From positions 1-57,760 of IMG/VR virus record IMGVR_UViG_3300048858_000021: a DNA stretch of 57,760 nucleotides. The stretch is one strand, 5' to 3'. This stretch comes from a virus (taxonomy: Duplodnaviria; Caudoviricetes). Below, one piece after another: positions 28,238 through 35,967 of the stretch; the first letter of the stretch is position 1; every line of letters starts with the position of its first letter. The position numbers were made by a program, and so were the translations under genes. Under the pieces are notes generated by a model, which ran no database searches, was not told where the DNA came from, and saw only the letters and a list, made by a program, of their open reading frames with translations.

Positions 28238-28346
28238 GGGACCTACCCCACCCGGGGTAAATGTGTGGTAGCCTCACGCGGGCGCGCGTGATGGCGGGTA
28301 CAGTTCTGGCGTCGCCGGGCGGCGCAGGGGCCGACCGGAGAGGAGA
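28238..28346. repeat. Three-box non-coding element, copy B
   Basis: GGGACCTACCCC-N22-CCTCACGCG-N4-CGCGTGA-N39-CCGACCGGAGAGGAGA. Confidence 0.85.
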
Positions 28347-28356
28347 ATCGGCGCTA

Positions 28357-29028
28357 GTGGGAAGTGGGATTGAAGTGCTCGAATCGACAGAGAACAACGA
28401 AGCAGATCCGAGGCTCACGGTTCTGGCGTTCGACATGGGCGTGACGGTCGGGTGGAGTTGGTTCTCGCTGGACCAAGCGACGCTCCTGAGCGGTGGCGAC
28501 GACCGGCTCTCGATGGGCAGGCAGTTGCGCTCCGGAGAGATGGGCTGCGGGGAGATCACCGGGGAGGCCGTCAACGAGGACTATGCCCTGAGAGGGTCTG
28601 CCCCCTCGTCGTCGTGGGTGGCGTGGGATCACGTGGCGGCTAGCCGGGCGATCGAGAAGGTCCGGGAGGTGTGGGTTGAGGCCGAGGTCGACCCGGAACT
28701 GGATGTGTTCGTCGTGGTGCTAGAGGACTTCATCCTCAGGACGTCGGACAGCGGGCGGCACACCATCTCTCCGGTTCGGCTGAATGCGATCTTCGAGTGG
28801 GAGTTGAGGAACTCTGGCATTCAGATCATCAAGCAGAGCGCGGGGGACGTCAAGAGGACCATCACCGACCAGCGGTTGCAGGGCTGGGGTCTCTACGACT
28901 GGTGCACTCGTGGGTTTGGGGGTCGGGAGCATGCAAGGGACGCCACCCGGCACGCGACGATGGCGGTACGGAAGTGGGCAGGAGATAAGAGGTTCCGGCG
29001 AGGTCTCGTGACTGGGCTGGTTAACTAA
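28357..29028 (+). CDS. RuvC-like Holliday junction resolvase (start uncertain)
   Basis: LAFDMGVTVGW, VVLEDF, QSAGDVK, HARDA RNase H-fold motifs. Confidence 0.8.
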   Translation: MGSGIEVLESTENNEADPRLTVLAFDMGVTVGWSWFSLDQATLLSGGDDRLSMGRQLRSGEMGCGEITGEAVNEDYALRGSAPSSSWVAWDHVAASRAIEKVREVWVEAEVDPELDVFVVVLEDFILRTSDSGRHTISPVRLNAIFEWELRNSGIQIIKQSAGDVKRTITDQRLQGWGLYDWCTRGFGGREHARDATRHATMAVRKWAGDKRFRRGLVTGLVN

Positions 29029-29140
29029 TTCTCCTCAATGGCAGTAGTAGTAGATTTATCGCGTCAAGAAGAGAGAGAGTAGTAATTCGAGTAATATAGA
29101 GAGTGTTGGGGGAGAGGGCCTATAAGGGTCTCGAGGTTTC
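29029..29140. other. AT-rich element copy B
   Basis: Conspicuously AT-rich; ATATAG-GTGTT-GGAGAG-AAGGGTCTCGAGGT like 10095-10137. Confidence 0.45.
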
Positions 29141-29167
29141 TAGTTTCGACGGGATGGGAGTAGGGCA

Positions 29168-29371
29168 ATGGCGAGAAGGTCAAAGAAGCCGAGCGAGTTC
29201 GGTGGGGTGCCGGGGCTGGTGGCGCCACAGCCGCACGACATCTCGTCGTCGGCGTACGAGCAGGCTCGGCTCCAGAGGGCTGTCGATCCGGCGGACTCGA
29301 CGGACAGCGTGGAACTGGCGCTGGCCCGGGAGTGGGAGCGCGAGGGGCGCAAGACCGGCGATGCGATCTGA
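29168..29371 (+). CDS. Hypothetical protein (67 aa)
   Basis: GGGAG RBS. Confidence 0.55.
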   Translation: MARRSKKPSEFGGVPGLVAPQPHDISSSAYEQARLQRAVDPADSTDSVELALAREWEREGRKTGDAI

Positions 29372-29373
29372 CC

Positions 29374-29574
29374 ATGCCGAAGAACGAGTTCGGCGAGAAG
29401 GGCTACGAGCCGGAGCGGTATCACATAGTCGATACATGGGACCCGGAACCGATCCCGCTACGAGTCTCGATATGTCGATGGTGCGGGTGCGTAGTAGCCG
29501 ACACTGGAGTGCATCGTCGGGTGTGTCGGAAGAAGAAGCCATTCGGGAAGAAGCGGAAGAAGAGGAACGGGTAA
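29374..29574 (+). CDS. Small zinc-binding protein (66 aa)
   Basis: CRWC...HRRVC; basic tail. Confidence 0.55.
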   Translation: MPKNEFGEKGYEPERYHIVDTWDPEPIPLRVSICRWCGCVVADTGVHRRVCRKKKPFGKKRKKRNG

Positions 29575-29759
29575 TGGCGACCTTCCGAGCGAAGTACCGA
29601 GGGCAGTGCGCCGAGGGCGACTCCATCTCCGAGGGAGACGAGGTGATGTACGACTCGTCTGGTAAGTTGGTCCATGTCGACTGCAAGGCCGACGACCTCG
29701 TGGCCCGGGGACCGATCTGCCCCTCGTGCCACCTCGAACACAAGGGAGAGTGCTGGTGA
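29574..29759 (+). CDS. Small zinc-binding protein (61 aa)
   Basis: AKYRGQC...HVDC...CPSCHLEHKGEC. Confidence 0.6.
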   Translation: MATFRAKYRGQCAEGDSISEGDEVMYDSSGKLVHVDCKADDLVARGPICPSCHLEHKGECW

Positions 29760-30499
29760 CCGCAACGACCAGCGACGGAGAGACGCCTCGTACGTTCGAC
29801 GAGGTGATGCTCATGATCTACGGCCTCGCGAAGTCCTCCAACGAGGCACTTCTCGATGCCGCTCGCGACCTGGCGAGTGTGACGCCACTGTCGTACGAGG
29901 AGGCGGTGCGCGTCGCGCGTGAGGCCGTCAACGTCTTCCACCTGATGGAGGACTACGGCCTGCGCACGGTCGAGACGCTCATGAAGGTGACCGCTACGTT
30001 CGTCCAGGAGCCTGTCGCTCAGGTGCCCGCGCACGAGGGCGAGATGTCGGCCGAGGAGGCGTGGCAGCAGTACGGCAAGCCCGCGTACGAGCAGCACGTG
30101 AGCGGTCGACGCATGGGCAAGGGGCAGGTGTCTCGGAACATGGCTGATGCGGTGGCGTGGCTCGAGGCGCAGGAGCGCCCGGATGCACCGCTAGAGCGTC
30201 GACGGGCGATGGCTGAGATCAAGGCGAGCGGTACTCGCATCAGCGTCCTGGAGAACGGTCGGTTCGCGGTGTACGTGGCAGGGAGGAAGGAGCCGACGGT
30301 AGTCGACCGAGTGGCAATGGAGCGGTTCATCTCCATCCACCAGGGTCCGGGCACCATCTCTATCGGAGGTGTGGAGGGAGAGACCGGTACCCTCACGAGA
30401 CTGGCTCAGGCGACCCTCCCGGCGACCCTCCCGCAGTCCATGCGTCCTCGCGAGACCTACGGCTTCACGCCGATGCGTCCGGATCGCGAGGTGCGGTGA
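29756..30499 (+). CDS. Hypothetical protein (247 aa)
   Basis: GTGA coupling; GGGAG RBS. Confidence 0.65.
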   Translation: MTATTSDGETPRTFDEVMLMIYGLAKSSNEALLDAARDLASVTPLSYEEAVRVAREAVNVFHLMEDYGLRTVETLMKVTATFVQEPVAQVPAHEGEMSAEEAWQQYGKPAYEQHVSGRRMGKGQVSRNMADAVAWLEAQERPDAPLERRRAMAEIKASGTRISVLENGRFAVYVAGRKEPTVVDRVAMERFISIHQGPGTISIGGVEGETGTLTRLAQATLPATLPQSMRPRETYGFTPMRPDREVR

Positions 30500-30654
30500 T
30501 GTTGATGGGGTGGGCTCTCGCCTTGTTCATCTCGTTCCTCGTCATCGTCGTCGGGTACCTGTGGGACAAGGACGGTGTCGTCTACTTCGGGTTCCTGATG
30601 ATGGCGTTCTCCATCTGCGGGCTCATCGGATACACGATGGTGGTGATGACATGA
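30499..30654 (+). CDS. Two-TM membrane peptide (51 aa)
   Basis: MLMGWALALFISFLVIVVGYLW...FGFLMMAFSICGLIGY; coupled on both sides. Confidence 0.6.
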   Translation: MLMGWALALFISFLVIVVGYLWDKDGVVYFGFLMMAFSICGLIGYTMVVMT

Positions 30655-30866
30655 CCGTCGAGGTCGGTGGTCCGGCAATGTTCGAGTCGTTCGGTCCCGA
30701 GGGTGGAATGCGCTCGACCTGGAATGGTCGGGTGCTCGTTCTGGAGATCGATCCGTATTACTTCGGATACGGACTCGCTGGCATCAAGGTGAAGGGTGAC
30801 GAGCCTTCGAACGTTCACGAGATGTTCTGGTGCTACCCGCACGAACTGCGAGCCCTCGGTGGATAG
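30651..30866 (+). CDS. Hypothetical protein (71 aa)
   Basis: ATGA coupling. Confidence 0.55.
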   Translation: MTVEVGGPAMFESFGPEGGMRSTWNGRVLVLEIDPYYFGYGLAGIKVKGDEPSNVHEMFWCYPHELRALGG

Positions 30867-30996
30867 CGACACCGGTATGCCAGCCGGTCGGTCCATCACG
30901 TACAGGCGTGCGCAAGGGCGCGTGTGCTGGACGTGTGGAGCACAGCCGGGAGACCCGCACGACGCCGAGGCACACGCTGCCCTGCGCGACGGGTAG
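30859..30996 (+). CDS. Possible small zinc-binding protein (45 aa)
   Basis: CWTC...H...H; fills gap before putative TerS. Confidence 0.4.
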   Translation: MDSDTGMPAGRSITYRRAQGRVCWTCGAQPGDPHDAEAHAALRDG

Positions 30997-31018
30997 GATG
31001 GGCCGCCAGGAGGTCACA

Positions 31019-31735
31019 GTGACTGAGGACGATGGCAAGAAGAAGCGGACCGGCAAGAAGCGTCCGCTCCGTGGGCGGGTGTCGCAGCCGCCTCCGGTGG
31101 CGAGCGTCGTCAGCCTGTTCGGTGAGGACGCGAAGAAGAGCGCAGGGCCGGTCGTCATCCCTCCGCCTGGCATCCCCGGGCAGGAGCACGACTCGCGCAA
31201 GCGGCACAACATGGACCCGCTCGAGACCGGTACCAAGACGCGGCTCGGCAAGCGCTGGTCCCAGATCTTCGACGAGGTGGAGCGTCAGCACCTCTACACG
31301 TGGGACGAGTTCTGCCAGTCTCTCAGCCCGACCGAACTGGCGCGCGGCACTCTCGCGGACAAGAACGGCAACTTCGCCGGTCGTCCTCCGAAGTTCGTCC
31401 CCCGCCAGTTCCTCAACGCCTGCACGCGCGAACTTCTGCGCCGTGGTGGCGAGATGTACCGCGAGTCGTACACGGTCGCCATCGAGGCGATGACGTCGAT
31501 CGCGGGTGACAGGACGGCGAAGGCGTCGGAGCGGATCAAGGCAGCGCAGTTCGTCATCGAACGCATCGAGGGTAAGATCCCCGACCGCGTCGTGGTGAGC
31601 GCGGAGGACCCGTGGCAGGTGGCCCTCGATGGCATCGTGGCGGAGGTGGCGGAGGACGAAGCCATCGCCCGGGCGCATACGGCGGCCTACGATGCCCGAG
31701 CAGCCGACGCAGACGCCCCTCAGATCGGAGAATAG
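31019..31735 (+). CDS. Putative terminase small subunit
   Basis: CAGGAGG RBS; ELARG..GNFAGRPP..VPR and ERIKAAQFVIERIEGK resemble actinophage TerS-type proteins. Confidence 0.6.
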   Translation: MTEDDGKKKRTGKKRPLRGRVSQPPPVASVVSLFGEDAKKSAGPVVIPPPGIPGQEHDSRKRHNMDPLETGTKTRLGKRWSQIFDEVERQHLYTWDEFCQSLSPTELARGTLADKNGNFAGRPPKFVPRQFLNACTRELLRRGGEMYRESYTVAIEAMTSIAGDRTAKASERIKAAQFVIERIEGKIPDRVVVSAEDPWQVALDGIVAEVAEDEAIARAHTAAYDARAADADAPQIGE

Positions 31736-31738
31736 GGC

Positions 31739-32035
31739 ATGGCTGGTACGTGGGGCGCGAGAGGCCGTTCTAAGCCGCTAGCGGGGCACCAGCCCTCGCA
31801 GCAGGCTAAGGCGATCGGCGTCATCGAGCGATGGCAGGCTACGGCCCGACGGCAGAAGGACATCATCGACCGTCTGACGGCCGGTGACGACGGAAAGCGC
31901 GCCCTCGTCGCGGAGTCCCTGGCGGCTCAGCGGCTGGCGTACGAGACCCTGCGGTCGACTGGTCTGGACCACGAGCAGGCGGAGCAGATGCTCGCCGACG
32001 AGATGGCAACGGCACGAGGGGAGACGAAGTTATGA
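31739..32035 (+). CDS. Hypothetical protein (98 aa)
   Basis: Operon-packed ORF. Confidence 0.6.
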   Translation: MAGTWGARGRSKPLAGHQPSQQAKAIGVIERWQATARRQKDIIDRLTAGDDGKRALVAESLAAQRLAYETLRSTGLDHEQAEQMLADEMATARGETKL

Positions 32036-32373
32036 CACTGAGCCCTGAGGAGCGCATCGAGCGGGAGTTCCGTCTCAAGGTCGGGAACGAACTGCGAGGT
32101 CTCCTGGAGCGCGTCGAGTCCCTCCGCCCACTGCGGTGCGTCGAGCACGACCAGCCGCTCGCCACGTGCGACGACGAGGGCGAGGACTGCACGGTCGATG
32201 GCGCCGAGCCGTACGACTTCGCCATCCTGGGTGACTTCGCCGTCATCGTCGACTGGCAGATCCCCGGCAAGACGATGGTGGATGACGAGGCCGTCGGCAT
32301 GGCGTTCTGGGCACCGGGCATGACGCGCTCGAGGCGCTTGGGTTTGCTCGAGGTCACGCACGAGGCACAGTAG
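32032..32373 (+). CDS. Hypothetical protein (113 aa)
   Basis: ATGA coupling. Confidence 0.6.
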   Translation: MTLSPEERIEREFRLKVGNELRGLLERVESLRPLRCVEHDQPLATCDDEGEDCTVDGAEPYDFAILGDFAVIVDWQIPGKTMVDDEAVGMAFWAPGMTRSRRLGLLEVTHEAQ

Positions 32374-32595
32374 GTGTGCGAGGGGACCCCGGAGGAGTGC
32401 CGGTGCTGGGGTACGGTCCGAGAGGCGGACACGCCGAACCTCCACACGTACCCGTTCAACGACGTCGTGCTCCACGACTGCTCGGTCCGGTGTCCGTGTG
32501 GGCCTCGCTGGGAGGCGGTGTGGAACCCCGCGCTGCAATCCGTCGTCTGGCTCTTCGTACATCACAGCGCGGACGGTCGCGAACGTAACGAGTAG
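32374..32595 (+). CDS. Small Cys/His metal-binding protein (73 aa)
   Basis: HTYPFND..H..CPCGP...HHSADGRE. Confidence 0.6.
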   Translation: MCEGTPEECRCWGTVREADTPNLHTYPFNDVVLHDCSVRCPCGPRWEAVWNPALQSVVWLFVHHSADGRERNE

Positions 32596-32600
32596 GTGCT

Positions 32601-32640
32601 CTCGACCCCACCCGGAGGCTAGGTCCTGGGTGGGGTCGAG
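32601..32640. terminator. Hairpin between convergent units (putative bidirectional terminator)
   Basis: ctcgaccccaccc / gggtggggtcgag. Confidence 0.7.
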
Positions 32641-32646
32641 GAACGT

Positions 32647-32799
32647 TCAGATGACGGGGAGCAGCGAGCGACCGACGCGCACGTAGTAGGTCCAGCCGGT
32701 CTGGTACCCGTTGCGGGTGCGGGGCTTGATGGCCTCGACGGTGCCGGTACCAACGGCGGCGACGGTGACGGTCTGACCGATGCTGTAGCGCTTGTTCAT
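32647..32799 (-). CDS. Small protein (50 aa), probably leaderless
   Basis: MNKRYSIGQTVTVAAVGTGTVEAIKPRTRNGYQTGWTYYVRVGRSLLPVI; ATG 6 nt after TAGACT -10. Confidence 0.65.
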   Translation of the reverse strand: MNKRYSIGQTVTVAAVGTGTVEAIKPRTRNGYQTGWTYYVRVGRSLLPVI

Positions 32800-32834
32800 G
32801 AGATCAGTCTACAGACGATCCTCGAGACCGCAAG
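32800..32834 (-). promoter_or_regulatory. SigA-type leaderless promoter (cassette variant 5)
   Basis: TTGCGG-N16-TAGACT-gatctc-ATG; CTCGAGG in spacer. Confidence 0.65.
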
Positions 32835-33061
32835 GACCTCTTTCGGGTCGGGTTCTGCCGGTCGTGGATGCGCAGTTCGTTGCGGAGGCGTGCCTGGCGC
32901 ACAGCGGCTTCGATGGCGTCCCAGAGACGGAGTTCCGAGCGCCAGTCCCGACCGGTCACCTCGGCGAGAGGCGTCTCCTCGCGACCCCGGTACACCCGCA
33001 GGGTGCGGCCCTCGATGGTGATGGTGATGAGGGCCGCACCGCGACGGAAGGGCTCGGCCAT
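32804..33061 (-). CDS. Hypothetical protein (85 aa)
   Basis: TGATG coupling with upstream minus-strand gene. Confidence 0.55.
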   Translation of the reverse strand: MAEPFRRGAALITITIEGRTLRVYRGREETPLAEVTGRDWRSELRLWDAIEAAVRQARLRNELRIHDRQNPTRKRSLRSRGSSVD

Positions 33062-33366
33062 CAGTAGTCCGACGTCGAGCCGAGGTCGAGGGCGCGGGCC
33101 AGGTGGGCAGCGTGCGCCTTGCGGATGGTCTCAAGGGCACCGCTGGAGACCATCATGGCGTCGTGCAGGCACTCGACGGCCATCGGCGTCAGACCCCGGA
33201 GGCTGAACTGCCAGTCGGGCCGGACGTCGAAGTGGTGCGAGTGGCAGCCCATGAGGAGGCGTGCTGCCTGGGCCATCTTGTCCCGGTCTCGGAACGAGAT
33301 GGAGTAGCGGTCGTTCGTCTCCTTGTCGGCGTCGGCGCCGACTTCCAGGACGGGGTTCTCGGTCAC
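33061..33366 (-). CDS. Hypothetical protein (101 aa)
   Basis: AAGGAGG RBS before GTG 33366. Confidence 0.65.
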   Translation of the reverse strand: MTENPVLEVGADADKETNDRYSISFRDRDKMAQAARLLMGCHSHHFDVRPDWQFSLRGLTPMAVECLHDAMMVSSGALETIRKAHAAHLARALDLGSTSDY

Positions 33367-33491
33367 TTCTGGTCCTCCTTGAGGATATCTTCGACGGTGG
33401 GAACGTAGACACGGTTCCCGATGGCAGACCCGATCCCCCACGCTGCCCATGCAGCGGCGACGGCGACCAGGGCGATGAGAAGGCCGGTCAT
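33363..33491 (-). CDS. Single-TM peptide (42 aa)
   Basis: MTGLLIALVAVAAAWAAWGIGSAIG...; coupled on both sides. Confidence 0.6.
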   Translation of the reverse strand: MTGLLIALVAVAAAWAAWGIGSAIGNRVYVPTVEDILKEDQK

Positions 33492-33718
33492 CGCATGGCC
33501 CGGCGGATGACGCTGGCAGCGATGAGGCTGACCTTGAGGTCGAACTTCTTGCCGATGTGCTCACCGAGGAGCACCTCGTAGCGGACCGTCGCGCTGATGC
33601 CCGTGTTCATGACCGAGATCAGCCGGGCCTCCTGGAGTGCCACTGCCGCGAGCAACTGCTCAGCGGACTTGATCTCGTGGCTCGGGACGTCCTGCGGGCC
33701 GGGCTTCCTGCGCTTCAT
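33488..33718 (-). CDS. Hypothetical protein (76 aa)
   Basis: GGTCCAGGAGGACAGC RBS. Confidence 0.7.
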   Translation of the reverse strand: MKRRKPGPQDVPSHEIKSAEQLLAAVALQEARLISVMNTGISATVRYEVLLGEHIGKKFDLKVSLIAASVIRRAMR

Positions 33719-33780
33719 GCTGTCCTCCTGGACCGTTGCGGTGTACGACTAGTGTCTCATCATCCTCGATGAGATGCAAG
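33719..33780 (-). promoter_or_regulatory. Early cassette promoter/RBS, copy 6
   Basis: TTGCAT-N17-GACACT preceded by TGA; GGTCCAGGAGGACA. Confidence 0.7.
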
Positions 33781-33815
33781 AGAGGCCCGACCTTGGAGCC
33801 GGGCCTCCCTGCCGG

Positions 33816-33911
33816 TCAGGCGATCGGGGTGAGTTCCTTGATGACGAGGCCGTTGGCGAGGTTCTCCTGGAGGACCTCGAGCCAGTTCTGGGCGATGTCG
33901 TTGCGGTTCAT
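33816..33911 (-). CDS. Micropeptide (31 aa)
   Basis: MNRNDIAQNWLEVLQENLANGLVIKELTPIA with its own promoter, RBS and downstream hairpin (33782-33808). Confidence 0.6.
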   Translation of the reverse strand: MNRNDIAQNWLEVLQENLANGLVIKELTPIA

Positions 33912-33989
33912 GTTGTCCTCCCGGACCCGTAGTTCAGGCCCCGTTGGCCTGATGAGAGTATCCTCTCACAGACCTCGAGGACATGCAAG
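33912..33989 (-). promoter_or_regulatory. Early cassette promoter/operator/RBS, copy 7
   Basis: TTGCAT-N17-GAGGAT; palindrome 33953-33968; GGTCCGGGAGGACAAC. Confidence 0.8.
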
Positions 33990-33991
33990 AC

Positions 33992-34210
33992 CTATCGCCA
34001 AGACTCCTCCGGCTCTCCGAACTCGGCGCCGAGCATCTTGCGGGTGCGGTCGCTGACCTCCTCGGCGCGACGCTGGGCCGTGCGAGTGACGAACATCGGG
34101 TTGCCGCACGACTCTGTCTCGGAGACGAGGGTGACGCTGGCGAGGACGGTGCCGTCGGTCGCGAGGACCTCGGTCGTAAGGGTGGTGCGGACGCCGTCAA
34201 GGCTTCTCAT
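33992..34210 (-). CDS. Hypothetical protein (72 aa)
   Basis: CCAGGAGGGCATCATG start context. Confidence 0.65.
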   Translation of the reverse strand: MRSLDGVRTTLTTEVLATDGTVLASVTLVSETESCGNPMFVTRTAQRRAEEVSDRTRKMLGAEFGEPEESWR

Positions 34211-34254
34211 GATGCCCTCCTGGGGTCGTAGGATCGATTCTGAGGCGATGGGGT

Positions 34255-34294
34255 GCCCGGCCGGTGCCCCGCAGGGGAGAGGCACCGACCGGGC
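34255..34294 (-). terminator. Hairpin, putative terminator
   Basis: gcccggccggtgcc / ggcaccgaccgggc after stop at 34305. Confidence 0.55.
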
Positions 34295-34304
34295 GGTCTG
34301 AGGG

Positions 34305-34658
34305 TCAGTAGGAGAAGTTCCGGTAGTAGTGGGCCGACCCGAAGGTGACCAGCGCGCCGGAGGCGGTGCGGTAGTGACCGTCCTTGCGGAGGAAGACGCG
34401 GGTCTCCTGCGCTCCGTGGAGGGTGTACTCAGCGACCTCCTCGTCGGTGTACGTGTGGTCGTAGACCGGCCACGGCCCGTCGTACCGGGAGGGCTCGATG
34501 CTGTCGATGCTGCTAGCCGCGACCACGGTCTTGATCCAGGCCGTCTTGCCGGACTTCGTGGCGCGGACGACGACGGCGGGGTACGAGTCCTGCGGGTAGT
34601 GGATGGTGGCGTGCGTGCCCTCGACGGGGACGATGGTGGCCTGGTCGATGTTGCTCAT
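34305..34658 (-). CDS. Hypothetical protein (117 aa)
   Basis: Own cassette promoter; ATIHYPQDSYPAVVV...FGSAHYYRNFSY. Confidence 0.75.
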   Translation of the reverse strand: MSNIDQATIVPVEGTHATIHYPQDSYPAVVVRATKSGKTAWIKTVVAASSIDSIEPSRYDGPWPVYDHTYTDEEVAEYTLHGAQETRVFLRKDGHYRTASGALVTFGSAHYYRNFSY

Positions 34659-34729
34659 GATGTCCTCCTGGACCTAGTGGCTGTTGCCCTGATGAGAGAA
34701 GCCTCTCACACCCTCGAGGAAGATGCAAG
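34659..34729 (-). promoter_or_regulatory. Early cassette promoter/operator/RBS, copy 8
   Basis: TTGCAT-N17-GAGGCT; palindrome 34693-34708; GGTCCAGGAGGACATCATG. Confidence 0.8.
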
Positions 34730-34747
34730 AGGCTTCTCTGAGATGGA

Positions 34748-34957
34748 TCAGGCGGCCTTGCGGGCGCAGGGAGCGACGTCGTAGTAGTCGTCCACGTAGA
34801 CGGTCTCGGTCTCGGCGACGAGGGTGTTCGCGTCCTTGACGGGACCCTTCGAGTCGGCGCGGTGCTGGCACCCGGCAGCGTGGAGGCGAGCGCCCTTCGT
34901 GGTGTAGTGCATCTGGACGGACTCGGCCTTGACCGTGTGCGAGAAGTTGATGCTCAT
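34748..34957 (-). CDS. Hypothetical protein (69 aa)
   Basis: Own cassette promoter; LHAAGCQH...VAPC. Confidence 0.7.
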   Translation of the reverse strand: MSINFSHTVKAESVQMHYTTKGARLHAAGCQHRADSKGPVKDANTLVAETETVYVDDYYDVAPCARKAA

Positions 34958-35035
34958 GATGTCCTCCTGGACCTAGTACCCGGTGCTCCTTGCCCCGATG
35001 AGAGTAGTCTCTCACACTCCTCGAGGGAGTGCAAG
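34958..35035 (-). promoter_or_regulatory. Early cassette promoter/operator/RBS, copy 9
   Basis: TTGCAC-N17-GAGACT; palindrome 34999-35014; GGTCCAGGAGGACATCATG. Confidence 0.8.
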
Positions 35036-35052
35036 AGACCACTCGGAGCGGC

Positions 35053-35301
35053 TCAGAGGCCGAGGGCGGCGAGGTCGGCCTCGCCCTTCTTGACAGCCTT
35101 CTCGTGGCGGGCGACGGCCTTGCGGAGCGTGGCGACCTGGTCGGCGACGAACTCGGCGTTGATCGCGTTGCCGAAGCGGTCGGTGCCGGTGGAGAGCATC
35201 TGCTCAGCGGTGGCGAGGTCCCGGGCGGCGATGCGACCGGCGGTCTCGGCGCGGACGATCTTGTCGCTGATCTTGCGGGCGGTGATCATGGTGCTGAGCA
35301 T
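35053..35301 (-). CDS. Coiled-coil hypothetical protein (82 aa)
   Basis: Own cassette promoter and RBS. Confidence 0.7.
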   Translation of the reverse strand: MLSTMITARKISDKIVRAETAGRIAARDLATAEQMLSTGTDRFGNAINAEFVADQVATLRKAVARHEKAVKKGEADLAALGL

Positions 35302-35376
35302 GTCTACTGTCCTCCTGGACCTTGTGCCGTACTGCCTGATGAGAGTAGTCTCTCATACGATCTGGAGGAGTGCAAG
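35302..35376 (-). promoter_or_regulatory. Early cassette promoter/operator/RBS, copy 10
   Basis: TTGCAC-N17-GAGACT; palindrome 35340-35355; GGTCCAGGAGGACA. Confidence 0.8.
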
Positions 35377-35466
35377 ACCTTCGAGGAAGAGTCTTCGATG
35401 GTAGCGCTTCCATCGGCTCGAGAACCGACGAGGATCGGCGTGTTCTAGCCGATGTAGAATGGGTAC

Positions 35467-35498
35467 GACCCCGGGGAGAGTTGCGGCTCCCCGGGGTC
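35467..35498. terminator. Hairpin, putative terminator
   Basis: gaccccgggga / tccccggggtc. Confidence 0.6.
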
Positions 35499-35504
35499 TT
35501 CCCG

Positions 35505-35705
35505 TTACCAGACGGGCCGGTTCCAGACGATAATGCTGCCGTCCGGCTCGGCGGTGCACCGACGTGGGTCGCCACCTGCCAGCCTGAGTGCCTTGCGGAG
35601 CACTCGCCGGTCGGACTGCGCCAGCGGAGCAGGGAGGGCGGTGTACCAGGCCGCCAGGCCCCGGAGCGTGTGCTCCGGGAGCGTGACGACCTGCCTCACC
35701 TTCAC
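35505..35705 (-). CDS. Hypothetical protein (66 aa)
   Basis: GTGA coupling with 35702-35890. Confidence 0.55.
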   Translation of the reverse strand: MKVRQVVTLPEHTLRGLAAWYTALPAPLAQSDRRVLRKALRLAGGDPRRCTAEPDGSIIVWNRPVW

Positions 35706-35890
35706 TCGCCCACCACGCGGTAGACGGAGCCGTCGACGATGACGAACTGTCCACGGTAGTTCGTGGCCTCCGGACCGAGCACCGGGCCGCCCGCGTAGTG
35801 GGGCGGGAAGGCGTCCGGAGCGGTGGTGTTCTCGTCCGCGTCGCACAGCAGGACGATGTCGAGGTCGCTGGCGGGGAACGTGTAGGTCAT
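35702..35890 (-). CDS. Hypothetical protein (62 aa)
   Basis: CCAGGAGGGCATCATG start context. Confidence 0.7.
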   Translation of the reverse strand: MTYTFPASDLDIVLLCDADENTTAPDAFPPHYAGGPVLGPEATNYRGQFVIVDGSVYRVVGE

Positions 35891-35962
35891 GATGCCCTCC
35901 TGGGCCGGTAGGATGTTGCCCTGACAGAAGACAGTCTCTCACAGGACCTCGAGGAAGGCAAG
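35891..35962 (-). promoter_or_regulatory. Early cassette promoter/RBS, copy 11
   Basis: TTGCCT-N17-GAGACT; CCTCGAGG in spacer; TCAGGGCAACA. Confidence 0.7.
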
Positions 35963-35967
35963 AGAGC

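Noticed and set aside
33719-35962. Regularly recurring repeats as a CRISPR array or integron attC sites
   Set aside because: Spacing is irregular and gene-sized, the repeats parse as promoter plus RBS, and no cas operon or integron integrase is present
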